Assembly (NCBI GenBank): GCA_964252035.1
Contig: OZ176200.1
DNA from: Podarcis erhardii
Lineage: Eukaryota
Strand: one strand, 5' to 3'
DNA length: 64,000 nt
The notes beneath the pieces were generated by a model. That model ran no database searches and had not been told where the DNA came from. It worked only from the letters and a program-made list of their open reading frames with translations. Numbering within the stretch: the first letter of the stretch is position 1; every line of letters begins with the position of its first letter. Shown here in pieces: positions 47,599 through 59,537 of the stretch. Both the position numbers and the translations under genes were made by a program.

Positions 47599-48073
47599 CT
47601 GCAGCAGAAATGAAGGGTAATGTTCCTAGAACCCTTTCTAAGTGTCCTCTTAAGGGGTCCGTCCCACAGAAGAGCACAGGTCAAATAAAGGCAACCTTCC
47701 CCCCCCCCCATTTCCTGCCACTCGCAGCACAGTCATCTGGCTGCATTACCAGCAGAGCCAAGCATGCACAGCACCAGTCTAAACAACAGCCAGCTACATC
47801 AGCTGCATCCCAGTACGGGTGATCCAAAATCCTTAGTAGCCCACTCTGGACCTGATCATTCAAGTCACACTCCCCCTGCATGACATGCCTCATTTGGATT
47901 TTCCCTGATCTATACCCAAGTGCACCATATAGGTCACCATGTATTGAAATCCAAGCACTAAAGAACATTGTAAAGATTGCTAATCCCTGGATCTCAAAAC
48001 TCCTAGCAAGCTTGGAATGACCCACAATAGACCCAGTCCATGCTACAACACCAGGTAATAATGTTTCACTTAC

Positions 48074-48109
48074 CAGCCCAGGGCCAGAGATGGATATTCT
48101 TTCCTCAAG
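48074..48109 (-). CDS. COL18A1: Collagen XVIII NC1 micro-exon
   Basis: tttcag|LEERISISGPGL|gtaagt, 36 nt, at the position equivalent to mammalian LEARTPLPRGT. Confidence 0.85.
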
Positions 48110-48716
48110 CTGAAATTAAATCAGAATAAGTCATTATACCATTTATATAATGTGTTTTGCTTGCTTTGTAACACTTATAAGAACCCTAGGTTGGTATTAT
48201 TATCTCCAAATTGCATGTCTGAAGTCTTGCCTAAGACCACCCAGTGAATTCATGGTTGAGGAAATATTTTATCTAGGGAATTCCCAGCTCACAGTTCACT
48301 CTATACCACTAGCACCCTATTACTATTATTCTTTAGGATGAATTTTGCTATTTTCAAATGCATATTTGGTTTTGGAGGGAAAGGGAACATTTGCCAGAAT
48401 GAAATAAAGCTGTAGTTGTTGCAACCTGAAACTTATCCAGGAATTCATTTGGTAAGGAGGAAACAATGTCTATGGATCCCATATCGGATTGTTTCCAGTA
48501 AGCTTCTTCCAAATCAAGCCAGAGGAAGCTCATTCATCGCTACAAGGGAGCGTTTCTTCCTGGCATTGCATTCTCTCTGGTGTGTATAAATTAGCAGTTG
48601 GTTCTGCATTGCTCTGAGCATCTGCCAATACCCCACAGAGAAAGACCCCTCTCCAAGGTAGTAGTCCACCTACAGTCTTACCCCAAGACTGCTGTGTTCA
48701 CACACATCATACTCAC

Positions 48717-48845
48717 AAGGACTCTCCTGAAACCACTGCGGACACGGATGTAGAGCTCTTCCCTGTCCCGGATGAAAAGGAGCTGTCCTTCTGGCACCTC
48801 ATGAGCTCTGCCCATCATGCTCTGATAGGTTGGCAAAATTCGCAG
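48717..48845 (-). CDS. COL18A1: Collagen XVIII trimerization-domain exon
   Basis: ggcag|LRILPTYQSMMGRAHEVPEGQLLFIRDREELYIRVRSGFRRVL|gtgagt, 129 nt. Confidence 0.95.
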
Positions 48846-49447
48846 CTGCCGGAAAACAAATCATTTGAAAAAGGAACAACGAAAAGGGCACAGCCATTCA
48901 TCGGTCTGAAGTACGAGGTGGTGGCTCACCATTAATACAATTTATATTTGGTGCACTTGTAAACTGCAGGCATATTGATGATAGCCCTTGCTTTAATCAC
49001 ACAGGGTTCTTCATCAAATAGAGAGTACCTGAGTTATAACAGGTCATAGTTACAGTCAGATTCACAAGCCAGATGCCAGAAGCCAATGACAAACTTCACG
49101 GTCATCACTCTTAGAGTGTTATCATGTCTATTACAACAAATATTTGTCGTAATTCCCAGAAATTGGAGTGGCGTGCCTTTCAATTAGCACCCTAGAGCTT
49201 TCCAAAACTAGCAACAGCTGTTCCTATTTGCAGGGCTAGCAGCAGCAGCAGCAGCTGCTGGTCCTATTGGACAACAAATGGTTGTCCGTGTTCATAGATG
49301 GAGCATCATCAATCACTCTGGCAGCAGCAATCTCTAGCCAATTTGTTAAATCCTTGCTTGAGCAAAACCCATCAGGGCCACCCACAGGAAGGTAACTTGC
49401 TCCACCCCCACGAAAGGAACACCACTGTGTAGGCCTCTTTTTCTTAC

Positions 49448-49524
49448 CCCAGAAGACGATGTATCACTGGTGCCTGGAGTTCCCGGTGGTCCTGGTGGCC
49501 CCGGTGGCCCAGGAATACTGATTG
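49448..49524 (-). CDS. COL18A1: Collagen XVIII last collagenous exon
   Basis: ccag|[27 protein letters not shown]|gtaaga. Confidence 0.93.
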
Positions 49525-49641
49525 CTGGAAATGAAACAAACCCAGAGCTAAACCAGCTATGTTCACACAAAGCTTGTTTTTAAGGCCTAAAGCAGGGCCA
49601 TTTGCAATGAGTAGCTGGGAAAAGATCGGGTATCTACTCAC

Positions 49642-49795
49642 ATTGCCTATGGGGTCCTGGAAAGGAAGGGGGTCCTGGAGGGCCAGGTGGACCCGGGGGT
49701 CCTGGGGTCCCTGGGCGCCCCTCAAATCCTGCGCCAGGAGGCCCTTGGGGGCCAGGAGGGCCAGGGGCCCCTCTAATACTGTCCCCTTTGGGGCC
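49642..49795 (-). CDS. COL18A1: Collagen XVIII Gly-X-Y exon
   Basis: ttcag|[18 protein letters not shown]...[10 protein letters not shown]|gtgagt, 154 nt. Confidence 0.95.
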
Positions 49796-50514
49796 CTGAA
49801 GAAGCAAGTAACATACATGTATATTAGAAACACTGAAGTTTTATTCAATGGCAGAAACATCCACCTGCCAGCACTGATCCGCCTAAGCAATTAATTACAT
49901 TCATAACCAAATGCATAGTTCTAATCCTTCCTCCCCCTTTCTCCTTCCATTGCCCCACACAAACACATTCCTCTTCCAGCTTCCTAGGCCCCGCAGCACA
50001 TGGAGCAAAGGAAATGTCAGAGTTTAGCTCCATGCCCCAAGGTAAATTATCCAAAGCTCTAACAACCAGTAACCCTTCCACTCCAGGTGCCCACCCCACA
50101 ACTTGCCTCCTCTCTCACTTCCCTTGTTCTCCTGCCTGCTACTACAGTCTCTCCACTGCTTCTGCCACTCTGGGCAAAACAGCATTTGTAACGGTGGACA
50201 GCCTCATGGGATAAGAGAAGGCTATTCACAAAGCAACCCTCTCCTCCCCACCATCAGGATGACGTAAAACAAAATCTGCCACCTGTGGCAGCTACCCTAC
50301 TCTGCCTAATGGCAGGGACTGCAATGCACTTGAGAACTTCTGCACTTTGGAGATTGGGTGCTTATCCTTCTCTGCCCAAATCTCCTACCAAAGGTGCCAC
50401 TTGCACACTCCGTTTCCCCTGCCTTGGAAAGTATTATAGAATGCAGAAGACTATCCCGTGGTAGAAAGATGTTGGCCACCAACCCTCATAACAATGCAGT
50501 GTGGGGTATCTCAC

Positions 50515-50637
50515 CGGAAGACCAGGATATCCTGGGGGGCCTGGGGGTCCAACAGCACTTGATCCAAACAATCCTCCTCCGCCTGGCTCACCCTTTTCAC
50601 CTTTCAGCCCTGGGTCCCCTCTGTCCCCTCTTTCTCC
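50515..50637 (-). CDS. COL18A1: Collagen XVIII Gly-X-Y exon
   Basis: catag|[41 protein letters not shown]|gtgaga. Confidence 0.95.
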
Positions 50638-51012
50638 CTATGGAAAGATATTAAATAAGCAAATAGACAGTGGCCAGACAAAATGCATTCTCCTATCTCA
50701 CCTTCAAGATTAGCACTATTTCCTTCTAGACTTGTTCCTCTGGCTTGTCTACACTTCCCCTTGTGCTGTGCCTAGAAAACGAGTCCGAGCAGTTTTCTGC
50801 TTGACCCATGCTTTCTAGGCATGAGTCAGAGCGGTCTGTCATATTAGGGAATATCTAAGTAAAATTGGTTCATTGGGCACACCTCTCTCTCCCTTACATC
50901 TTCCACCCCGCACCAATACACCAGTTGAACTTCAGTTCAGCCACTGTAATGACAGGTGAACACAACTGCTAGCTGAAGCTTTGGCAGTAATCAGGGGCAA
51001 CTAATGTGAATA

Positions 51013-51366
51013 CAGTGGTGCCCCGCAAGACGAATGCCTCGCAAGACGGAAAACCCGCTAGACGGAAGGGTTTTCCGTTTTGGAGGCGCTTCGCAAAACA
51101 AATTTCCCTATGGGCTTGCTTCGCAAGACGAAAATGTCTTGCGAGTTCCTGCGGGGTTTTTTCCCTTCCCCCCCTTTTCCTAAGCCCTAAGCCGCTTATC
51201 AGCTGATCCGCTGATAAGCCACTTATCAGCTGATCCGCTAAAAGCCGCTAAACAGCTAATAGCGCTAATCCGCTAAGCTGTCAATGGTCTTGCTTCGCAA
51301 GACGAAAAAACCGCTATACGAAGAGCCTCACGGAACGGATTAATTTTGTCTTCCGAGGCACCACTG
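51013..51366. mobile_element. Tc1/mariner (Tigger-like) MITE in COL18A1 intron
   Basis: TIRs CAGTGGTGCCCCGCAAGACGAA / TTTGTCTTCCGAGGCACCACTG with a TA TSD. A one-arm copy is at 26547-26645. Confidence 0.9.
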
Positions 51367-51389
51367 TACCATTAAAATTGACAAAGGGG

Positions 51390-52140
51390 AAGGGAGAGAG
51401 AGAAAAATACAATCATTCAAAATATCTTAAATAAAATGAAAAAAATGTTTAAAATATCCTTTAATAAAAAACCAGAAGCTTTCCTTTTGGGGATTACAGA
51501 TTTGGACATTCCCAAAAAGGTAAGAGATCTTTACGTTATGGTCGCAGCAAGAGTTCTCATTGCGGCAAACTGGAAGAGTGATAAAGTTCCCTCAAGACTA
51601 GAATGGATTCAAAAATTGGCTGAATATGCAGAACTAGACAGCTTCTTAGAAAAAATAAAAAATAAACCAAAACAGGTATTTATCTCAAAATGGGAAGTCT
51701 TTAAAATTTATTTGAAAAATAACAACTGTTGCTTAAAGTCTGTAGCAAGTTTTGAATAATCTCAGTGGTAGTTTAAAAGTATGAAGCATAATTTAATATA
51801 GATTAAAGTCGGTTGAACTCTAAAAAAATGTTATGTTATGGCAGTGAACAAATGATGAGAAATTGAAGTAAGGAGTAGACGGGAAGTCAGGTCTATAGAA
51901 AAAGACCATTTTTATTAAAAGATTTTGAGATTATGATTTGATATATTCATTTCCTTTTTGGCTTTATGTTGATGGATATTTGTTTTTTCTTTCTGGTGTA
52001 TGTTAAGGTGAATTTTTTTTAAAATATATACCTTAAATAAAATAACTGGTTTTAAGTTGTATTATGCTGGTTGTGATTTTGTATTGTACAGTGGTCTTCA
52101 TATTTGTTTGCTGTCCTTCGATTTTTTATTTTAAAAAAAC
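51390..52140 (+). mobile_element. L1-like LINE 3' fragment (ORF2 C-terminus and 3'UTR)
   Basis: ORF 51436-51759 (KKMFKISFNKKPEAFLLGI...AARVLIAANWK...WIQKLAEYAEL) resembles squamate L1 ORF2 ends, followed by an AT-rich 3'UTR. Boundaries are approximate. Confidence 0.75.
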
Positions 52141-52374
52141 TCACTATGAAAGCCACTATGAAACTCACTATGAGTTACCCAAAAAGGCAGCTTATAAAGT
52201 TTAGAAGCAAATAGTAAAGCAAACAAAAAGTCTTTTTGCCTATCCCTGTGACCCTGGCCTCATTAAATACATATCAGCCCAAACCTGTTTGCCATCCTAG
52301 TGTGTCTTCCCTCAGCAAAACCCCTTAAGCTTCTTTTTAAATCTGTATATTCCTCCCAAATGGCAGACACTTAC

Positions 52375-52418
52375 CCTGAAGGTGGAGCCAAATCTGCTGA
52401 GGTCATAAGGGAACTGGC
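52375..52418 (-). CDS. COL18A1: Collagen XVIII non-collagenous interruption exon
   Basis: acaag|GC QFPYDLSRFGSTFR|gtaagt, equivalent to mammalian GQFPFDFL... Confidence 0.9.
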
Positions 52419-53261
52419 CTTGTGACAAAGGGAGAAGAATGAGATGTTTGTAACGGCAAAGAAACCAACTCTGCTCGATGTGGGGCTTCTTTCCATTGTG
52501 ATCTTTGGATCTTTCTCTTATGATGCACCTTCATGGCACAACCCAGCCATTTATGACTGTATGGAAAGGGCTTTTGTTTTTCACTGGGTGAAAAAATTGG
52601 AAGCAATACTCATGTAAAATGCATTATTTTAGCTTGTGCTAATAAGCCTTGTACTTGTACCGATAAGGCTTGCACTGATAAAGCCAGTGCATAACTCTTA
52701 CAGATTTTTCTCCAGGAGGATACAGACAAGCTCAGCTAGGCTTTGGCTTCCTGCACAACGAAAAGGAACAGCCATAGTACATCTGTTGCCTGCTTTGCAC
52801 ATAGGTTTGATCTCTGGCTTCTATGCTTAAGGTAGTGAAGCTGCCACCGGTGCATGTAACTTGACTAGATGACACCAGGTTTATTCCAGCCCTGCAGGTC
52901 TTAGATTTTGTAGAGTACTCCGTGGTAAGCAGTGAAAAAACTAGCCTGTACAAAAGCTGTTGGATGCACCTAGCTGGAGACATAAAATAGGAACAATAAG
53001 CAAGAACTTGTGTGGTGCAGCCACCTCAGAACCACACACCTAAACCACAGCATGCTACAGGTCTAAGGCAGGAGCAGGGAGGTTAATTGGAGGTGTGCAA
53101 TGCTTAGATACGAGTTGAGTGCCACACAGCTTAAGCACATGAGCCAAGTCAAAAGAGGCTTCCATGACTGCCACTAGCTCATGAATCCATGATACCTCTT
53201 GGTAAGTGTTGGTTAAAAGGTGGAAGTTAAATGCAAGTAGCAACACTGCAGGAAATCTTAC

Positions 53262-53324
53262 CTGGGGGCCCAGGAGGACCCACATCACCTTTTTCTCCCT
53301 TCGGACCAGCAGAACCATGGTAGC
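53262..53324 (-). CDS. COL18A1: Collagen XVIII Gly-X-Y exon
   Basis: ttcag|[23 protein letters not shown]|gtaaga. Confidence 0.93.
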
Positions 53325-54012
53325 CTGAAACAAAGTCATGGCATAAGGCTAGACAGTCCCCAAGAGCCAGTGAGAAGGCACTGCACATCCTTAGTCCAAA
53401 ACTTCCAGAACCGCTAGAGGAACGTACTGATTTATACTATCATGCAAGGGTATTAATTGCACATTCGGTTCAGATTAAAATGATTCCAAATGCCTTTTAG
53501 AAGGAAACAATGTTATGGTTCTATACAGCAAGGGTAGCTAATCTTTCCAGGTGCAAGGGCCACATCACCTTGCAATGCTGTGGGCCACATGGCAGCTGCC
53601 CCACAGCTGACATGTGCCCAATCATCAGATGGGATGATCTGCAAACACCCCACCCAGCCAAGTATCATGATAAGGGTAAAAACAGCTGTGTTCCCACCAG
53701 TGCTCTACACCATTTTTTTTCTCTAGCGGCATTGCTACTGCCACCATATTGGTTCAGGGGGCTGGTGTGCAACCAGGAAAGGTTTGGTGGGCTGGATCAG
53801 GCTGGCAGGCCAGCAGGTCCCAATGCCTACTTGAGCAAAGACTGGCATTAATATGGGAAGTCTTTAAGGGTGACCCATAGAGCACCATGGAAAAGGAATT
53901 ATGAATCCACCCTTTCCTGCTTCTATAGAGGGATTCACCCCAGGAATCTGATGGGGAAAGCTGATCTTTGTCATCCAACCCCATGCTTTAACCGCTTCTG
54001 CAACATCCTTAC

Positions 54013-54055
54013 CAGGCAATCCTGGAGGCCCTGGTGGTCCCACTTCACCAAATGC
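54013..54055 (-). CDS. COL18A1: Collagen XVIII exon
   Basis: ttcag|[15 protein letters not shown]|gtaagg. Confidence 0.92.
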
Positions 54056-54193
54056 CTGAAGTTGCAAAATAAATAAAATAAATCCCCCCATGAAATACAT
54101 TATTACCCAATCATTGTATAACAAGACATTCAGTTTCTGGCATTTACACGTGTTTCCCCCCAGCAAGGAAAATGCACTTAGGCCATTACTCAC

Positions 54194-54268
54194 ATTGTTG
54201 TCATAAATGGGCACTATGCTGCCCGGAGGACCTGGGGGGCCAGGAGGGCCAGGGAGCCCTGGAGGACC
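54194..54268 (-). CDS. COL18A1: Collagen XVIII Gly-X-Y exon
   Basis: ctctag|[25 protein letters not shown]|gtgagt. Confidence 0.94.
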
Positions 54269-55219
54269 CTAGAGAGAAGAAGAGAAAAACAGACATCCCA
54301 TTAATTATGTGGGGAACTGACTGAAAACAGAACAGACTGAATAGAACAGGACACTAGCCAATATCCACTCAACAGTGACAATTCTGCAACCACCCTGTGT
54401 CTTTGTGGGTGGTGGGTGCTGCTCCTGGTTTTAAATGGAACACAAGATTGTGCGATGTGGCATTGCTTCTACTTGTGGGACTTGCGGTCAACTCAAAAAG
54501 TGGAAGACAGGAAGATGACACAGCCAGTGGAATGCATCCTGCACTCTGTTCCACCTCCTTATCATGCATGTCATCGGCATTTACAAAAACAAACAAGGTT
54601 TGTGTTTCTTTCCACCACCCACAGACAATACTTCCCCCAAATCCCAGACTCCAGGCTTCAAATATTTCATTATTCTGTCTGCAACAGCAGAGGAAATCAG
54701 AGTGTTCACACACAATATACTTGACAAAATTGTTCTTGCAGTGCATGGACCAGGATTAGCATTGCTTTACTAGAATCCACATGGTGGGTGGTTATGACAC
54801 TCTAGGATTGGTGCACGAGAGCCCAGGGGTCTGGCAAAAGCACAGAATTAGGCCTATGATTTTGCTTGCCTCCCCAATGCTGTGCTGTGCTGCTGCCTGC
54901 TCCCTGGTTCTAAGTAGACCAGAAGCAAAATCACTCCAAGGCAAAGGGGATGCAGCACACATGAGAAATAGTGCTCTCACAAAAATGCTTGGCCACTGCT
55001 GCATTTGGATACTTGCAGCCACACTAGGACAAGAGCAAAGTCGTTTTCAGATGCCCCTTGGGGAGGCATGAGACCTTTTTCTTCTCTCATAACAGAGTCT
55101 GATGATGCTCATGCTCGGGGTTACAGTGGGATACAAAGGCCATCAAAGCTAGCAGCACTGCATGCCAGCCTTCAGCATAAACTGCACCATGCAGAGAGAT
55201 GTGTCAGCTTTCCACTTAC

Positions 55220-55294
55220 CCTTAAGCCCAGCCCTCCACTTGCGTCTGCTGGGTCACCTTTTTCTCCTTTCAACCCGTTCATACCAGGTCGGCC
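55220..55294 (-). CDS. COL18A1: Collagen XVIII Gly-X-Y exon
   Basis: tgcag|[25 protein letters not shown]|gtaagt. Confidence 0.95.
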
Positions 55295-56255
55295 CTGCAA
55301 AGGACAAAAAGCCACTGCTGAGTCAGCTTAATGGACCCTTGTAATGACACAGCACTAATGAGGATCCAGAGTACAAAGAGCACTACAAACATCACCTTTT
55401 GTGCTCCCATCGGGTGAAGTGAAAGGGCAAAGAGAAGAATCTACTGAGATCTCACAATTTCTCTATGAGGAGCTCCTACATACTACTCCTGAAACTAAAT
55501 GCCTCAAGAGTAGGTAAAACTATGTTGCGGTTCTGCCTCGAATAGATGATTTAACTGGGAAGGCCAGAGCTGTCGATACGAAGTTAGAATTAAAGGGAAC
55601 AAACAGCAGGTGAAACCCTTGGTACTTTCATAGATCCCTGAAGGAAGCTCATGGCAGATTTTGCTGGTGTCACATGACAAACCTCTGTCCTTAAAAAGCA
55701 CTGTCACACACCAGCAAGACATAGAGACAGTAACCAAGCCAGAGCCACTCTGTTGAACAAGATGGTGGAAAGAGGGGCTTGTAGGATCAGGAGAAGGGCA
55801 GGTTCATCCTGACTGGAGAAAGACAACCCTGAAGAAAGGAATGCAGGGACAAACCTTGTGTTGGTAGAAGCAGCATGGCAGGATCTCACAGCAAAACGTG
55901 AGACGGAGGATGGTCCTGTTGTATCTAAATGTACCCAGAGCCTCCATGCTTATGGCAGGAGGGAGTGCCAGCTGAGGGGACCTAGAAGCATAATTCCACT
56001 TCCAGATGCATTCAGAGCCACTGAATGTTTGTTATGGCACTTGCATCCTTTTACCTAGGATACCCTTTTGTTAATGGTTCAGTCTGGAGTGAATTAATGC
56101 CAGAGTCTGATTTCTGCAGCTTCCCTTGGAATTTCTATCTAGCAGAGAGGTAACAGTGACTATTCTAGAGGTGGATGAATTTACTCCTCTTCCCCCATTC
56201 CGTTTCTAATAAGGGAATGTACACTTGAAGACAATCTAAAAATCAAAATTCTTAC

Positions 56256-56309
56256 AGGCCTTCCAGGAAAGCCGATTTCTCCTTTCTGTCCATGACGCCC
56301 AGGTGGCCC
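56256..56309 (-). CDS. COL18A1: Collagen XVIII Gly-X-Y exon
   Basis: ttctag|GPPGRHGQKGEIGFPGRP|gtaaga, 54 nt. Confidence 0.94.
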
Positions 56310-56807
56310 CTAGAAGAAGAACAGAGAGAAAAGGCAGGCTTAGAAAGATGGCAAGAGATTGTAAATGAGAGTTCCTGCAATATCTGTGATGTAATACCAT
56401 CTGCTACAGGATTTATAATTCCAAATGGAAGCAGAAGACAAAGAAATCATCATTCCCTCCAATAGCAAACTCAGGGAAGTGAGTGCTGACAAAATATAGA
56501 CACCAGAGGGGAAAGGGATACCCTGCTTACACGCCTTATGGCTTACAGAAACTTGGGGAAGGGCAGGCAGAAACCTGAACAGAAGGACTCCTACTAGGAG
56601 ATGAAAACACACTGCAATATTTGGCTGCAGACTCGACTTTCCTAAGTAACCACACTGAAATAAATAGGAGCTACACAAAAGCTCTACTAGCAATACCACA
56701 CACAACAATAACAACAACAGAGAGGATAATTTAATTCTATCATTCATGCTTAATGGATGTTTATGTAAATTCCTTGCATATAAGCAAAGATACCCTTTGT
56801 AACTTAC

Positions 56808-56843
56808 TGCTGGTCCCACAGGTCCTCGCAGGCCTGGTTCACC
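56808..56843 (-). CDS. COL18A1: Collagen XVIII Gly-X-Y exon
   Basis: gccag|GEPGLRGPVGPA|gtaagt, 36 nt. Confidence 0.92.
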
Positions 56844-58399
56844 CTGGCAATAAAAGCAGAGACAATTAGACCCTCCAGACAAGCTGCTTACACTCATCCT
56901 GATTTGCTTGCGCAAAGTTTACAGCGAGCTTAGATTATCTTCAGTCTTTATTAAGCATTCATTTCTATTTGTTTGCAGGGTGGATATACAACAACAAACA
57001 TTCATCCTGCATTCACCCAGTTTTCTTGTGGGTTGCTTACATGCCTTTCCCTTAGCTAATTGTTCACTCCACATTTTTCAGTGCATTTCCCCATCACTTT
57101 CTAAACAGCAAATAAGCCAAATCATTTTTAAAAGTGGATTTCTTCCACTAGAGCAACAGAGCCCTTTAGTCCACTTGAAATGCGTATACCTAATGTTCTG
57201 GCATGCGCTTGAATCCCTCCCACAAAATAGTGAGAGTCTGGAGGTATCCCACACTACTATTTAGAACAGGGGTGATGAACCCCCTCTCTCCAGCCCCACT
57301 TTGCACCCCAAGTACTTTGCCTGACTGGGGTGTATCCTCGATATCTGCTTCTCTGCATGAAGACCACAGAGGGGTTTGTGAGTGTGTGTAGAAACTAGCA
57401 TACTGGACAAAGTTGAAATGTACATTTGCCATTCTGTACACTTTTGCCTCCGGGCTCCATCTGCCACTGACCTTGGCAGGTTCCCTGAAGGGAATGTCCT
57501 GATTTAGAGCACCCTGGGCTAGAGGCAAGCCCATAGTCACTAAGGGTCAAACTAGACATTCATTAGAGATTTTGCATGCATCTGCATATATTTTTTTCTC
57601 TTATATAATACAGACATGTGAGGCGATAATCCTTTTCAAGGATTGCCTCTCCAGCACAATACGAATGACCCCACAAACAGGCCTTATGGCTAAAAGTCTT
57701 AGGGGGAGACATCTCCTTTGGAGGCTCCTCGGCTGTGATTATTCAGATCTTGCTGGGGAGGGAGGGGAGATAAGACTTGTTATGTGCTGCCTTCAACCCC
57801 TGCCTTTGCCTGTAATTAAATAATAATATTAATAAACTAGATAAGAGCAAATAAACACTTTATGGTCCTTAACAAAGAAAGGGAGACTCTTCTCTCTCTC
57901 ACACACACACACACACTCTCTTACCAGGGTGGTAATTGGGGAAAGACAAAGCAACATTGGTACAAACATCTTATTGCTTGGGACTTCCCGAAACCTGGCA
58001 GCGCCCATCTCCCCTGCCCACTCGATGACCACACAAAGGCTGTGAGTGGTTCTTGCCAGAGAACCACCTCACCAACCATAGTCACTTTCATGGTCACATT
58101 GCAATGAATACTCTCTCCTCCCTTTTCCCAGAAAAGATCTGAATGGTACAGATCACGTGGGTAATCCCATGCGTGCGTTTGCTAACACAACTTTTGCAGA
58201 GGGTGCACATCCAAAAACTCAGTAGCACACTCTCCCAGATGCATGGGTGGCGGCTCTCAATCTTTCACTCTCTTTTAGAGGGGCTCTATACCAGTCTTTA
58301 TGCCATGGAGGGGGAAATCCTTCAGCTTCTCGTTATACAGTAGCAAAACTGGGTAAGAGAGAGAGAGAAAAATTCAAATGAAAACATGCTTATTTCTAC

Positions 58400-58474
58400 C
58401 TTTTCTCCTTTTGGATTAGTTGCTATGACTGTCCCATCAGGACCAATTATAACCCCTGGCTCTCCTTTTTCACC
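58400..58474 (-). CDS. COL18A1: Collagen XVIII exon
   Basis: gacag|GEKGEPGVIIGPDGTVIATNPKGEK|gtagaa. Confidence 0.93.
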
Positions 58475-59119
58475 CTGTCCAAAAGACAAATGGCAAGAAT
58501 GAAGACAAAATGCTTGTGAAAATATAAACTTTGCAAAACAGGCAAAACATTTCCTCTGGAACCAGGCCTCTGGCCTTTAACTATATGCAGCCTTTTAGAA
58601 ATAGGTGGGATGTTTTAATGTATTTATGTGGGGGGGTTGTTTGGTTGTAAGTCACTTTGGGTTGTATTGGGCAAGATAAAGCAACTAACAAATGTAATAA
58701 ATGCTCCGGAGGAAACATGACCCATGTTATAAGCTATCTGGTACAATGATCTTATTGAAGAAAGATTCCCCAACAGAGGATGATGCCTGGCAATAATGAG
58801 CATTTGTTCATGGAGATTCCTGGAAACATGAAATGCTATGTTTGCCATGCCCTTAATCAATCACTGTAAGGCTGAAGAAAATCAAAGAAATAGAAATTGG
58901 TGCTTTGGAAAGATATTTGGATTATGGAAAACGATTTGGAACTAAGGCTGCAGTCCTAACCATGTCTAATCCAAAGAGAGTCCTACTGAATTCAAAGGGG
59001 CTCACTCCCAGGTAAGCAGGGTTAGTTAGGGTTGCAGCCTAAGACCAGGAGCCAAATTGTAAGAATCCTCTTGATAGTGGAGAAATTTGCATTTTGGTGA
59101 TCAAGTTGCAAACTGGAAT

Positions 59120-59450
59120 GCTTTGCTCCAGAGGGTAGGACTCAAACCAATGGCTTCAAGTTTCAAGAAAGAAGATTCCAACTAAACATCAGGAAGTACG
59201 TTCTGACAGAGCTCTTCAAGAGTGGAATGGACTCCCTCAGAAGGTGGTGTGCTCTCCTTCCATGGAGGTTTTTAAGCAGAGGTTGGACGGCCACCTGTCC
59301 TCGGATTGTAGAGTTGGAAGGGAGAATGAAGGATGATTAGTCCAACCCCCCTGCAATGCAGGAATATTTTGCTCAACATGGGACTTGAACCCATGACCTT
59401 CATGGATGCTTTAGTTGAGATTCCTAGATGAGCCTTGGGGGTCCCCTCCA
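59120..59450 (+). mobile_element. CR1 LINE 3' fragment with an inner inverted CR1 tail
   Basis: Sequence encoding GRTQTNGFKFQERRFQLNIRK...WNGLPQKVVCSPSMEVFKQRLDGHLS, typical of the CR1 RT C-terminus. It abuts the duplicated COL18A1 donor. Confidence 0.8.
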
Positions 59451-59474
59451 TTGTCTTACCTTTGATTGTCTTAC

Positions 59475-59537
59475 CTTTGGACCTGAAGAGCCCGGAACAC
59501 CTGCAGATCCTGTGTCACCTTTTGGTCCCACTGGCCC
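59475..59537 (-). CDS. COL18A1: Collagen XVIII Gly-X-Y exon (duplicated donor; alternative end 59460)
   Basis: tccag|GPVGPKGDTGSAGVPGSSGPK|gtaaga. Confidence 0.93.

Noticed and set aside
51181-51270. Short repeats with spacers suggesting a CRISPR-like array
   Set aside because: Vertebrate DNA, irregular units and no unique spacers. It is the interior of a TIR-bounded MITE.
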